From contig NEEC01000015.1 in assembly GCA_002189035.1 (NCBI GenBank), forward strand, positions 1,550,001 through 1,614,000: a stretch of 64,000 nt of DNA, read 5' to 3'. Shown here one piece after another: positions 1-12,800 of this stretch. A program made the position numbers and the translations under genes. Positions within the stretch are counted from its first letter, which is position 1. Each line of letters opens with the position of its first letter. The notes beneath the pieces were generated by a model that saw nothing but the letters and a program-made list of their open reading frames with translations, ran no database searches and was not told the origin of the DNA. The stretch comes from Utricularia gibba. Its lineage: Eukaryota; Plantae; Magnoliophyta.

Positions 1-42
1 AAAAACAGCTCAAGTTTCAAGGAAAACAGATATTTGACTCAC

Positions 43-1941
43 ATCTATCCCACGAATATGAAGAACAAAGTGCCGAAAAGCTGCACCAGCTAGAAAGTAA
101 GCTCCGAAGATGCATAAGATGCTAGAATAAAGAATTCAAGCATATTAACCATATGATATTCTATCAAAAAAAATTTCAAAACGATCAGCACGGAATCAAA
201 TTGCCTACATGACCATTATAGTACCAAACCATCCTATTCCATTTTCATTAGATGATACAATCTTCGCACAGCCTAATGGATGTTTCAAGTCTGTACTCTG
301 TGACGTGAAACCAGCAGTAATCAGTGAAAACATAAAAACATGAAACAAGATAAAAGGTTCAAAAATACAAAGAGAAAGGCCAGTAAAAGGACACCCCACG
401 AACATTAAAATACTTACATACTCACATGCTCCATGAAGTTGCAATGTCTGGGGGCCCTGCAAGAATTCAAGCATCAGCTAACTTGTTTAATAAGCAGTCA
501 AACAAGTTGAGAGAGAGATACAGAATTTCATACATGCCATACAATCTCATACCTGAACTTTATGAGAATCACAAACGATCGACACAGATAGAGAACAGTT
601 GCCCCTAGTTCCAACATTGATCATTTTAAGAATGACTCCTGTGTCAGGCGTCTTTTCATCTGATAAAAATATTATCCATGAAAAACTGGAAGCATAAATC
701 ATGCGCATTTGTCAAAAGTGAATTGAAAACTCACCACGAGGACTGATGGTTGTACTTGATGGCTTACCAAGGGTTGTACAAACTGGGTAGCCTGTATGAA
801 AATGCATCAACAACTTCAAGAACTTATATATGAAAAGCAAGCATTTATTCCATTCATTACATGGAGTGGGTAACCAAATAAAGAAAGCCTCCAGAATCAA
901 AGTTGAACCTTAAGACACAAGCAACCAATAGAAAGACGAGATACATATAAAAATATATTTACCTTCTATTCGATTAGAAACAAGTGCACCGCAGCCCATG
1001 CCACAGTGTAAGCCACCACAGTCCTTCAGATAATAAAACGCCTTAGCGGGTTATACTAAAAGTTCAACCATGGAGAACAATAAATTTATACATAGAGAAG
1101 ATAAACAAATTCAAACTCTAGAAAGTGACAACTAGATTGGAACATAAGATAGTTTTCATCAGTAAACGACAAGCAATGTCCAGCAAAGTAACATCAATAA
1201 CACCCTACGAATAAATATTACGGTATATCATTAAAGTGAGAGACAGCACTAGGAAGAACATAGAGGCCATTTACTAATGAAATAAAACTGAAGTGACTCT
1301 TAATCTGTGAAACATAAATTTTGACAGAAAAGAAGGTTAACAGTAACTTTTCACTCGTAATGCGAAGACATAAGGGGCAAGAACCAAAAAAGGTGATCAT
1401 ATTCCGACGGAAGAAGAACTCACCTCACAATTAGCACATACTGGAGCATCATGATTAAATACCATTGAGCCACAAAGCTGTTTCGCATCACTAGAGAAAA
1501 TTACAAGACAAAAATACCGACGATCGAAAACAATAGTGACCACTATAAAACAAAAACAATATAAAGAGGAACCGTAAAACCAACCTGAAACCAAAGCGTA
1601 GACCCATTTGCAGTCACTTTGTAAAACCTAAATTCCAGGTTATCAAAACAAATTGTGAAGAGCAATGCTTTAACATGTGCAAATGACCCAGAGAAGAGAA
1701 TGGTATTTGCAGAAAATGGGTGGCAATTCATATGATTGAGAAATTACCCATCTTCACTAAGGATCCCATGTGGAAACATGGGCCGTGCACCAGCCAAGGC
1801 ATAGTGATACAGCTTGTTCTTTTCTTTCACCTTCAATTCACATAGCGAAGGAACCACGTCCGCCCAGCCTCCCCGGAGAATCGTCAGCACGAGAAGTAAA
1901 ACAAGAAACCGTCCGCTGATAAATACTCCATCAACTCCCAT
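43..1941 (-). CDS. Type I membrane protein with signal peptide and mannose-6-phosphate-receptor-homology (ATG27-like) domain; 3' end runs off the window
   Basis: ATG 1941, exon 1 MGVDGVFISGRFLVLLLVLTILRGGWADVVPSLCELK...HGILSEDG. Short GT-AG exons give FYKVTANGSTLWFQ, LCGSMVFNHDAPVCANCE, DCGGLHCGMGCGALVSNRIE, GYPVCTTLGKPSST, GPQTLQLHGACEY, STDLKHPLGCAKIVSSNENGIGWFGTIMV and ILCIFGAYFLAGAAFRHFVLHIRGID (TM; exon 121-43). Family recalled from memory, not searched. Confidence 0.72.
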
Positions 1942-2329
1942 TTCTTCCCAACCAAATAATGAGGGGAAGAAGCTGAAGCAGATAATCCCTTCAAATCAGG
2001 GAAACAGCACTCGCACGGATCTTCGAAAAATGCGAGCATCTGCAATGGCGCATGAGCGCAGGTGATAATTACAGAGTGGGTTAGCCTAAAAAACCCTCCC
2101 TAAGATCCTATTACGATCGTTTTTTTGTCCCATTATCTAATAAATCAGATTTTGTCGTGGCACTTAATATCTCTAATTAAAATTAAAAATTAATATTAAA
2201 ATGATAAATTTTATTTACAAATCATAATTCTAAATCATTATGAATTTTTTTTCAATGGCAAAAAATCATTATTAAATTGGAACACACGTACAAATTATTG
2301 GCGCCACGCCCAAATCCCCATTTTACCAT

Positions 2330-2338
2330 AAACCCTAA
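2330..2338 (+). promoter_or_regulatory. Telo-box (AAACCCTAA)
   Basis: Exact AAACCCTAA just upstream of a GC-rich exon-like segment and ~390 bp upstream of the ATG27-like start on the opposite strand. Confidence 0.4.
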
Positions 2339-4301
2339 TCGATCGACTTCTCCAATTTTGGTACCATCGGTCTGTAAGAATCCTGCAGTTGGGGATTTCT
2401 TCGAGTGAGATGGCGCCTGCCTTTTATCCGGAAAGGCTGCCCCTGATTCCAGACGCCTTGGGTTGCAGTGATGGGGGAATCATTATACGGCGGAACAACA
2501 GGCGGCGATCGCGAAGCCGACGTCTTTCTTTATACGTCAGATTCTTGCATCCAGGCGCTAGCGAGGAAATGCTGAACTATTGTGGTTGAGTTCAGTAGCG
2601 ACATTGCTCCGGCTTGTCGAGATCCCTCCGATGAGCGATCTGAGTACGTCAACTTTCACTCGCCTGAATATATGAATAGTAGGTGTTTTATATGAATTTT
2701 AATTAATAACATATTTTACTAATTTGTAATTAAAAAATACTTATAATTTAATTAAGCTTAAAAATTGTATTTTTTTGAAAAAATTCATCTAAATATTTGA
2801 GTTTTGAAATACTTAATTCGAATGTCTTATATTAATTTTGTAAAATATTCATATATTATTAAATTATTCTTCTAAGCATATATTATTATTAATATATAGA
2901 TATTTAAATAATAAAAATAATCTATCAAATATCCACTAAATGAATTTTCATTCCATAAACATCTAATATAATATTTTATTTTCTTAATTTTTAGATAACT
3001 TGCAATTAATACAACAACTTTTCAATATCCATGCATTTAAAATTAGTTTTGTTAGGCAAACGTGTTATTCAATATAAGTGTAATTATAAAACACGTATAT
3101 AATTATCAATTCTATTTTGAAATTTTTTATCTATCTCATTTTTATTAAGTAAATTTTAGTTTATTTTTTGATTTATTATAAATATATATTAAGTATAATA
3201 TTATTTTCAATATATTTTATAATCTATATATCAAATATAATTTTAATTAAAATGATTCACCACATAATACCCATTTTGACAAATTTGTCTGATTCCCTAG
3301 AAAACTTTCTTTTGTGATATTTCTAGATAAACCAAAGTCACTTGTAAGAGAATAAAGTTTTTTTTATCGGTGTAAAAGAATAAAGTTATCCAAATGGTAT
3401 CCCCTTTTTGAAAAATTTACACCCACTATGTTTTGCCTTAGCAACTTTATTTAATTTAATAAAAAATATGGTTTAATTTTATTTAAAAATTAATAATTTA
3501 CGTCACTTTATTTTTATAAATATTTAATATAGCAATAGTTTCAATTTTCTTTTATTATTGTGGCTTCTTTCCTCTTTATCAAAATTTTACACCCACTTGT
3601 TTGCTTTTAAAAGTTCTGTTTGATTAAATAATTTCACAAACTATTAATTTATATCATTTATTTTATAATATTTAACATTGTTATTATTTTAGTACCATGT
3701 TTTCTTTCCTTAAATGTATCGAATTTCTAATTTTGGGTTCGAGCGATAATTTACTATTTCAGTGCATTTCATTTTTTTTTCTATTTTTATGGAATATTCT
3801 AAATAAATAATGCTAAATAAAAAGTTAGAAAATCGGGGGGGGCTGGATGCCCATACGACGATGATGATGATGATAATTCTGTGGCTGCAATGTTTTCTCA
3901 TCATGTAGTGGATATTTTGAAGCCGTTCGCCGACACTGGTCGTTATCCTCTTCTTGCCAGCGCAGCTTCGCCCAGAGCTGTTTGACGCATTTATTGCTTT
4001 CTTGGTCGTGTCTGAAGATGTGTTTTTTTTTTTTTCTTTTTCATTTATATGATGGAGGGGAAAAGATGCCAGTAGCCTGTTTCTTCTGGGAATTGTGCAC
4101 GATCACGTGGGATTCGCCCCACCCAATCTGTGACACTAACCACTCCTCCGTGTTTTCTTTTTCTTGATCAATCCCGTTTCCGTCTCGATCCTCTTCTTTC
4201 CTATCTGGGTTCCAGATTTCGTAATTTTATTGGCCAAGTTGCGGTTTTTCACTTTTGAATTCGACGATCTGATGGCAGTTACTGTGGGTGAGTGGTTGTG
4301 A

Positions 4302-6826
4302 ATGGGTAAGGGCCGTCCGACCATCGTCTGGTTTAGGAGAGATCTGAGGATCGAAGATAATCCAGCTTTGGCGGCTGCATCAAGGGATGGGAGTGTGTTA
4401 CCCGTTTTCATTTGGTGCCCTGAAGAAGATGGCCAGTTTCAACCTGGCCGGGTTTCCCGTTGGTGGCTCAAACAATCTCTTCTTCACTTGCAGAAGTCGT
4501 TGAAGAATCTTGGAGCAGAATTGGTACTCATTCGTGCCAAAACCACTCTCTCCGCTTTGCTGGATTGCATAACTGCTGTAGGAGCAAATAGAGTTGTGTA
4601 TAATCATCTCTATGGTATCCTCCTTGCTTCGCCAAGTTTCCCTCTTTGAATCAAAAGCTATTCTATTTGAACTGACTGATCTCTATTTTTATGACACAGA
4701 TCCTATTTCTCTGGTTCGTGATCAAAATGTGAAAGACAGGTTGACTGAGATTGGAATTGAGGTGCAGAGCTATAATAGTGAGCTATTGTTTGAACCATGG
4801 GAAGTTAACAATGACAATGGACAAGCTTTTACAACCTTCAATTCATACTGGGAGAAGTGCCTCAATATGCAGACAGAGGCTATCGTCTTCCATTCCCCTC
4901 CCTGGTGTATAGTCAATGCTGCTGCAGGTATGCGATGCTTGGATACATTGGTCTCGTTTTATCTAGCTCCTCAATTGTTTGTAATTTTGGGATTCAATGG
5001 AGGTTTTTGTTTTTGTTTGAAAGATGCCAGACCCTACATCAATTTGCGAGTTACAAGTGTTTTTCAAACACAATAGATAACACGGTCACTACTTGGTAAG
5101 ATAAAAATGGAACTGTTTATCTGTCTGATTATTGAGTGCAAGAAATTTGTATGCAGGAAAAGGAAGCTTTGAGAATTCTACTGTTGAATCACTAGGTCTT
5201 GAAAATGAATCAGAGAAGGCTAGTAATGCTCTTCTGGGGCGAGCGTGGGCACCCAATTGGAGTAATGCAGATAAGGCATTCAATGACTTTGTTGAAAACG
5301 ATTTGGTGAATTACTCAGTAGACAGGCTCCGTGTTGGAGGGAACTCGACGACTTCACTCTTATCTCCATATCTTCATTTTGGTGAACTGAGCATCAGGAA
5401 AGTATTCCAGACAGTTAGAATGAAACAAGTTCTTTGGAAAAACGAGCAAAACTCTGTAGGCGAAGAGAGTGCAACTCTTTTCCTCAAGGCATTAGGCCTC
5501 AGAGAGTATTCTCGTTATGTGTGTTTTAATAATCCATTCGCTCATGAAAGGCTGTTACTTCGTGGACTCAAGTATTTTCCCTGGGATACTGATGAAGCGA
5601 AATTCAAGGCATGGAGGCAGGGAAGAACTGGGTATCCTCTAGTTGATGCAGGGATGAGGGAACTTTGGGCAACAGGCTGGATGCAAAACCGTATACGAGT
5701 GATTGTTTCAAGTTTCCTTGTAAAGTTCCTTCTTCTTCCATGGCAATGGGGAATGAAGTACTTCTGGGATACTCTTCTTGATGCAGACCTAGAAAGTGAT
5801 ATTCTTGGTTGGCACTACATCTCTGGGAGCTTGAGTGATGGTCATGAACTTGACCGCATGGATAGTCCGCAGGTAATGTTAAGGTGTAGTATTTGAAATA
5901 CTCCTTGCAGTATTCTATGCGTTCTTGGATTGCTGAATCTCTTGCTAGAGCGTTAAGGTGTACTATTTTATCAGTTTGATGTGTCTTTGCACCTTTCTAC
6001 TGTTATCCAATGCAGATTCAGGGATTCAACTTTGATCCAGAGGGCGAATACGTGAGACAATGGTTACCAGAGTTGGCTAGAATGCCAAATGAATGGATTC
6101 ATCATCCCTGGGATGCTCCTTCGTCTGTGCTCAGGTCTGCTGGGATTGAACTGGGGCTGAACTACCCAAATCCGATAATTGACATAGATTTTGCAAGGGT
6201 GAGGCTAACCGAGGCCATATCTGTGATGCAAACAAGTGAAGCTAATGAAAAGGGAGAGAACTCAAGTTCAACAGACGAAGTTGTGTTTGACAACTCTGAA
6301 TCAGTCATGAATTCAAACCCTCCCCCTCCTGCTGTAGAAGAGAGAAATCCAAACCCCACGACTTCATCATATGACCAGCAGGTTCCATCTATGAGATTGA
6401 TGGGCAGAAGCAGTGCCGTAAACAGGAAAAGGCCGAGCTTGAATCTGGATGCGCATGATCTGATCAGAGAGAAACGCATCATGACTGATGTTGATGATGA
6501 TTCAGTTTCCACCACTGCCGAGTCCAGTGCCACTAAGAAGCACATGTCCATCAGCAGTGGGAACTCCTTTTCTGTTCCACAGACCTCCTCTTCATTCTCC
6601 ATTGCTACTACTCCCTTCCCCTATCCATCCCAACTCGACTACAGATTACAAGAAGAAACAGGCTTGGAAGATACAGGTAGTCAAATTCTCTACCCCTTTT
6701 GCTTTTACAGTCAGTGATATTTGATCAACCAAAGCCAGATGTAACTTCTGTATTCCATGTCCAGGTGACACAAGTGCAAAAAAGCCTGAATGGGAGAAAG
6801 AAGAAAGGCCTGAACTGGATCCATGA
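4302..6826 (+). CDS. CRY2: Cryptochrome 2 (blue-light photoreceptor)
   Basis: Exons 4302-4614, 4700-4927, 5157-5872, 6016-6676 and probably 6765-6826. N-terminus TIVWFRRDLRIEDNPALAAA, FAD-region motifs WRQGRTGYPLVDAGMRELWATGW and LLDADLESDILGW, C-terminal DAS elements DQQVP and STTAESS. The last exon is less certain. Confidence 0.95.
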
Positions 6827-7296
6827 ATCCCAGTTTCCTTTGTTGTATCCTGCCTTAAATCAGGTCCGCTTGAGTAGTTCCAGAAGTGAGACCTTTCACC
6901 CCAACAGTTGTATTCTGCTGTAAATCTTGTGTGGAGGAGTAGGTGTTTTAGAGCTGAGGGGACTTGTTCCGTTTTTTGATTATTGCCTTCACGGACATAC
7001 GCTAATGAGCTTCGGCCCAATTTCAAATAATCTCCAGGCCCAACATTACACCAATACACAAAAGTCTTGCTTGTGTTGTTGACCTATATTTTAAAACCCG
7101 GTTTAGCTCGACCGGACAAAAACCGGGTCTATACAACCTAATAAAGCAAATTAAAATAATTTTTTTGAGTACAATGGATGACCATATCTGATTAATTTAT
7201 TATATCTGTAATGTTTTTACTTTTTATTACATTATAATAAATAATAAAAGCATTTCTACTAAATAAAATTACATCACGGTGCTAACCAGTAGTTAA

Positions 7297-8882
7297 CTAG
7301 GCAGGTAGCGGTTCCTCCTGGTCCATGGTCTCTTGTGAGGCTTCCTCCAGGGACTTGCCCTTGGGTTCCGGCACCAGGAAAGTGAACAGGAAGCCGAGTG
7401 CGTTGATTCCGGCGAGGATCATGAGTGTTTTCCGGACTCCGATCCCCGGGGGTACCCCTTGTCGTCCAGCGCCTTGGTCGGGCTCTGCGCCGCATAGAGG
7501 AACCCGTAAGCGCCGACAATGGCCCCCGCTTTCCCGGCGGCGGCGGATATCCCGTGGCAAGTGGATCTCAATCGGGCGGGAAAGATCTCCGCCGGTACCA
7601 CGAAGGTGGTCGCGTTGGGCCCGAAATTCGCGAAGAAGAATGTGAAGCCGTACATCACCACGAATCCGATCCTGTTCTCTGGCATCTTCCAGTGGTCGTA
7701 CGGGATGGAAATCGCGAACATGAAAACCGTCATGAAGAAGAAGCCCATCAATTGGATGGTGAATCTCCCGATTACGTCGATTAGCGCCACTGTGAACCAG
7801 TACCCGGGGACGGTGCCGCAGAGGGCAATTAGGGTTTGGGCTTTCGCGACTCTGTAGACTTCCTCGATCGCGCTCATCGTCGCCGCCGGCGGGATCCACC
7901 CGATGGAGGACAAGACGTCTTTCTGGAAGAGATTTTGACTGTAGAAGGCGATGTCGAGCAAGAACCACGTGGAGCAAGTCCCCAGAAGATGCAAACCATG
8001 GCGTTTCACGAACTGCCTCGAAAACAATCCAAAATTGTTGGATTCCTGGTTTACGATTCTCTCCAGTTTATTCGGTTCCGCATCCAGTTTCACATTCAGT
8101 ACCCGCGCCATGTCCTCGGCGGCCTGTTTCGCGTTCTTGGCGACCAACGCCGTGTACCGTGCAGTTTCCGGCATCTTCATCCGCCAATAGTATGTCAACG
8201 CCGCGGGGAGCGCGCCGAACATCAAAATTATCCGCCATACGTAATCCGCCTCCGGCACCGTTGACGCCTGAGCGCCCTGATTGTACGGCGGAGCTTTGTA
8301 GCTGTTCTTGAAACTAGCCGATACGATCAAAGAGATTATCCCAGCGAACAAAATCCCAAACCCCTGCATCGCGAAAACCGCAGAGATAAACGCTCCCCGG
8401 GTCCTCTTATTGGCGTATTCCGACATAATCGTGGCGGAGAGAGGGTAATCGCCGCCGATCCCGAAACCCAACCAGAAGCGGAAGAAGCAGAGCGTCGCTA
8501 AGACACCTCTGGCGTGGTGACCAAAGGAGAGCCCCGAAGCTATAGAGCAGACGACCATAAGTAAGAGAGTTATCCCGTAAACTCTTTTCCGGCCAAGCTT
8601 GTCACCAAGCCAGCCAAAGAAGAGCTGCCCACAAAGAGTTCCGACGAGTGCAACCCCAGTGACGGAGGAGGAGACCCCCGGCGGCAGGGTACCAGGCTTG
8701 GGCTGCATCGGATCCGTGTAATATATACGGCCGAGGAGACGCGTGACGATAGAGATGCTGAATAGATCATATGCGTCAGTGAAGAATCCCATTCCAGCGA
8801 CCACGATCGCCGTGAAATGATAAAGCTGCGTTTTGGCGGTATCGAGCGCATCCAGCACTTGCAGCCTCTCGCGGCCGGCCAT
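7297..8882 (-). CDS. PHT1: PHT1-family H+/phosphate symporter, copy A (intronless; one apparent 1-nt frameshift at 7448-7452)
   Basis: [15 protein letters not shown]1 signature [60 protein letters not shown]. The canonical C-terminus (GIGVRKTL...[10 protein letters not shown]) is in the adjacent frame ending at 7297. Confidence 0.95.
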
Positions 8883-9421
8883 GGCGGTTGTCAGCCGTAG
8901 GTTCAGGTTCTGTTAGCAGACGCATAGACTATATCCAGGAAGCAAGAAGAAAGTCATCAGTAGCAGTTAATGCGCATTAAGTAGAGATTAAAGAAAACAG
9001 AAGTGGAAGTGATCAGCAGCAGGCCGCATGGTGGCATCGGAGACCCAGCTCCTGGTAAACCCATCTGGTCATCTTCTCCGATGGTCAACTCCCAGATTTT
9101 TAGGATGCATTCAACGCATTTGTTGAGTTCCGGTCAATAGTTGTATTAAATGCCTTCATACTTTTTCACAATTAAACAGTTAGTTATTTCATGGGATTCA
9201 TCTGGTGATCTTCTGAATTGTAATGTTCCTATGACTTTAATTCACCAATGAAGAGAGGAGAACAACACATAACTATCATGATTCAAAACAAAAAAAGCAG
9301 GCAACAAAATTCAAACCCATGGATATCTTATCCGACCCGATCCATGAGGGTCGGATTTTTTGTGGATTTGGAAAGAGTCAGCGTTTGAAAATTTCAAACC
9401 CATGTAAAACGGAGCAGGTAT

Positions 9422-9429
9422 GGATATTC
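9422..9429. promoter_or_regulatory. P1BS-like PHR1 site (GGATATTC), overlapping TTCTTGTTC at 9427-9435
   Basis: Matches GNATATNC about 540 bp upstream of the PHT1-A ATG. The motif is short and could be chance. Confidence 0.4.
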
Positions 9430-9894
9430 TTGTTCAATCTTACGACCATATTTATAATACTCCTAAATTTTTAAATAACGCACTATATAATTGATATTAG
9501 TATTTAACATCAAATAATTTAGTCAAATTTAAATTCATGTTATTCAGTTTGATTCAACTCATTTAAATTATAAAATAAAATAAAGAACATAAATAATTAT
9601 GATTTGAACTATAGATAAATTTTTAGGAGAACAACAGATTTTGTAGTCTTCTCTATTAAACTTCATATTTAAAAGCTTGGCTGAAATTTCATGGAGATCA
9701 TGATTTCTTAATCATTCATGGATAAATGTCGCCGCCGCCTCGGCAAGTCAAGCGTTGTGGGCGGATGAAGAGATGCCAGTCTTTCAGGAACGAAAGATGG
9801 TGTTTGACTCATGTAAGTGTGTGATATGCTGCTTGTAGTAGAACCAGGCAAACAAGAATCTGAATCAGCTGCTCTGCAATCTCCGTTGGAAGAA

Positions 9895-12800
9895 ATGGAA
9901 GCGAGATTCTCGCTGTCAAACGCGTGCTTTTGTTTGCCTCTGATGTCTCTCGTTTTTCTTGCTTATTCGACCACGGATTTGAGCACTGATGCAACGGCTC
10001 TGTTGGCCTTCAGATCAGGGTTACTTGGGAACTCTTCTTCTTCACTCAATTGGTCTTCTGGGAATGGTACAACGAACTCTTCATCTTTTGTTTGTGGTTG
10101 GACGCGGGTTACTTGTGGTACCCGCCATCGGAGAGTTGTTGGTTTGGATCTCTCGGGTATGGGATTGACGGGGGCCTAACCCCGGAGATGGGAAATCTGA
10201 CATTTCTTGTCTTTCTGAACATGTCGATGAACCATTTGAATGGCAATTTGCCACAAGAATGGTCTCGATTACGGAGATTACAATTCCTGGACATGGGTTT
10301 CAATCATCTGAGTGGAGAATTTCCTTCATGGATCGGACTTTTGAGCAACCTCCGGACGCTTATTCTTCGAAACAACACCTTCTCTGGCGTCCTGCCTTCC
10401 TCCATAGGCAATGCATCGAAGCTTGAGAGACTGGTGTTGCAGTTTAACAAGATGGAGGGCCAGATACCATCATCTGTTTTCAACTTATCCAACTTGGCGC
10501 ACTTGAGCCTTGCGTTCAACAATTTTGCCGGCATCCTCCCTCCCCGCCTCTGTTCCGGGATCCCCAGAATCCAGCGCTTCATACTGACGGCAAATAATTT
10601 GGAAGGAGAGATACCTTCCAACATGTCGGCATGTTCACTGCTACAAACGATCAGCTTGTCTGCGAATATGCTGAGCGGTTCCATTCCTTCAGACATGAGC
10701 TCTCCTTTCTCACAATTACAGCAGATATCATTAGCCAGAAACAGACTTGTTGGTGAGATCCCCAGACCGTTGGCGGAATGGACGGCGCTTCGGATATTTG
10801 AAGCATATACAAACAATATAACAGGAACCATTCCACCAGGACTCTCAAATCTGACAAACTTGCAAACGCTGGATCTCTCAAACAACAACATCCGGGGTAT
10901 GCATAGGAGATTGCAATCAGAGAGTAAAAGTTCTCTGTCATTCACCCACTTCCATTATTGTCTCCAGGCACACTTCCACATGAACTGGGGGAACTCGGTG
11001 AACTGCAGGAGTTCGATGTAAGTAACAACTACTTAACGGGGGAAATTCCAAGAGGTATGTTAAATAGCTCGACCCTTCAGATTCTAGACATTGATAGAAA
11101 TGCAATTACTGGAGAAGTTCCTAGCAATCTCTGTTTGGGGTTCCTAATCTGGTGGGACTTTACTTGGGTCTGAATGATTTGTATGGGGAACTTCTGGCCT
11201 CCATTTCAAACTGCTCTAACCTTGAAATATTGGATGTTGTTGTCAATCACTTCAGTGGAGTTATTCCGAGTGCTATCGGAGAGATGAGATTCTTGACAAT
11301 AGTGAACTTGCAAGCTAATAACTTTACCAGTGACTCCTCAACGTTGAATGTTGTGACTGCACTGGGAAATAATACACAACTACGTGAGCTGAGGTTATCA
11401 TTGAACCCTTTTTTCACAACCCTTCCAGATACAGTGGGTAATTTGTCTTCTTCGCTTGAGTTGTTTGAATGCTTTGATTGCGGTCTCCATGGAATCATAC
11501 CCAGAGAAATTGGAAATCTCTCTGGGTTGCTCCTGTTGGATTTATCACACAATAACTTGATAGGATCTCTTCCCACCACCTTGGGGATGCTTCAAAATCT
11601 TCAAGGATTGATGCTGTATCAAAACAACATAAGTGGATCTTTACCAGTTGAGCTATGCAGCTTACGTAGTACGAGCGAAATTGATCTTCATGAAAACCTG
11701 GTTGCTGGTAGTATTCCTTCATGCATTGGAAACCTCGCATCCTTGAGAAAGTTAGATGCTTCAAGCAATCAGTTGGAATCCATAATTCCATCGAGTTTGT
11801 GGGCACTCAGTAACATTCTGGAGTTGAACTTATCTAACAATCTCTTGCGTGGTTCCCTCAGTTCCCTGATCGTAAACTTAAGGGCTGCATATCTTGTTGA
11901 TCTATCAATGAATCATTTTTTAGGTGTCATCCCAACTTCGATCGGAGATATGCAAAGTTTGACGAACTTTTCATTAGCACACAACGAATTTGAAGGCTTC
12001 ATTCCAGAGTCAATTGGTAGTATATTCAGTCTGGAACGAGTGAATTTATCCCACAACCATCTTTCTGGAACAATCCCCCGAGCTCTGCAGAATATTTCAA
12101 GTCTGGTATCATTTGATGTTTCATTCAACAGTTTACATGGTGCTATTCCCACAGAAGGTCCTTTCCAGAACTTCTCTTACGAGTTTTTTCAATCTAATGA
12201 AGGCCTTTGTGGTGAACATCGCTTTCGTGTTCCTCCATGCCATGTTCCAAAACATAGGCTGCATAAGAAAAAAGTGGTTCTCATGATTGTGCTTTCCATA
12301 TTATCTGTTTTGGGGGTTGTTTTTGCTTGTTTCTTGGTATATAAATTGTGCTCAAGATTCAAAAGAAGTGAGGTTTTACAAGATGACAACAACCAGCCAT
12401 TGGCTGGTACAGTTCCTGAGAGAATATCATACTATGACATTGTAAAAGCAACGCAGAATTTCAGCAGCAACCATCTGATAGGCAGTGGAGCATTTGGCAG
12501 GGTATATAAAGGCCATTTTCCCGACCAAAGCACCTTTGCAATTAAAGTGTTCAATCTAGAAATGCAACTGGCCTCAAGAAGCTTCTGTCAGCAAGTGGTG
12601 GAGCAACGAAGATCCGGGAAGTCTCAACCCGCGAAGATGAATGGCGCGCGACCTCTGTTCCTCCCATGAGAAGCAACCCTCAATTAGATTGGGAAAAAGG
12701 CCTTATCATACTTGGGCCTCAACATTCCAAACTACTGGCCCAAGAAGAAGCATCTGAAGCCCAGTCCATGAAAGAAGTCCTAGTAAATTCTGGCTGCTAC

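Noticed and set aside
2400-2645. U3, 7SL, MRP or telomerase RNA as identity of the orphan GC-rich island
   Set aside because: No U3 box A/A', no SRP or MRP conserved motifs, and no USE (TCCCACATCG) upstream.
4615-4699. U12-type intron in CRY2 (donor GTATCCTCC)
   Set aside because: Donor deviates from GTATCCTTT and there is no TCCTTAAC branch site near the acceptor.
7274-8851. Many overlapping antisense or alternate-frame ORFs over PHT1-A (also over PHT1-B, RPN2, UBP, RLK S.2 and THIM)
   Set aside because: They are shadows of real coding sequence with no motifs of their own. Two of them merely carry the frameshifted true C-termini.
9062-9225. Repeated CATCTGGT(C/G)ATCTTCT resembling part of miR827 near PHT1-A
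   Set aside because: Only ~9 nt match, wrong orientation for a target site in the PHT1 transcript, and no fold-back precursor.
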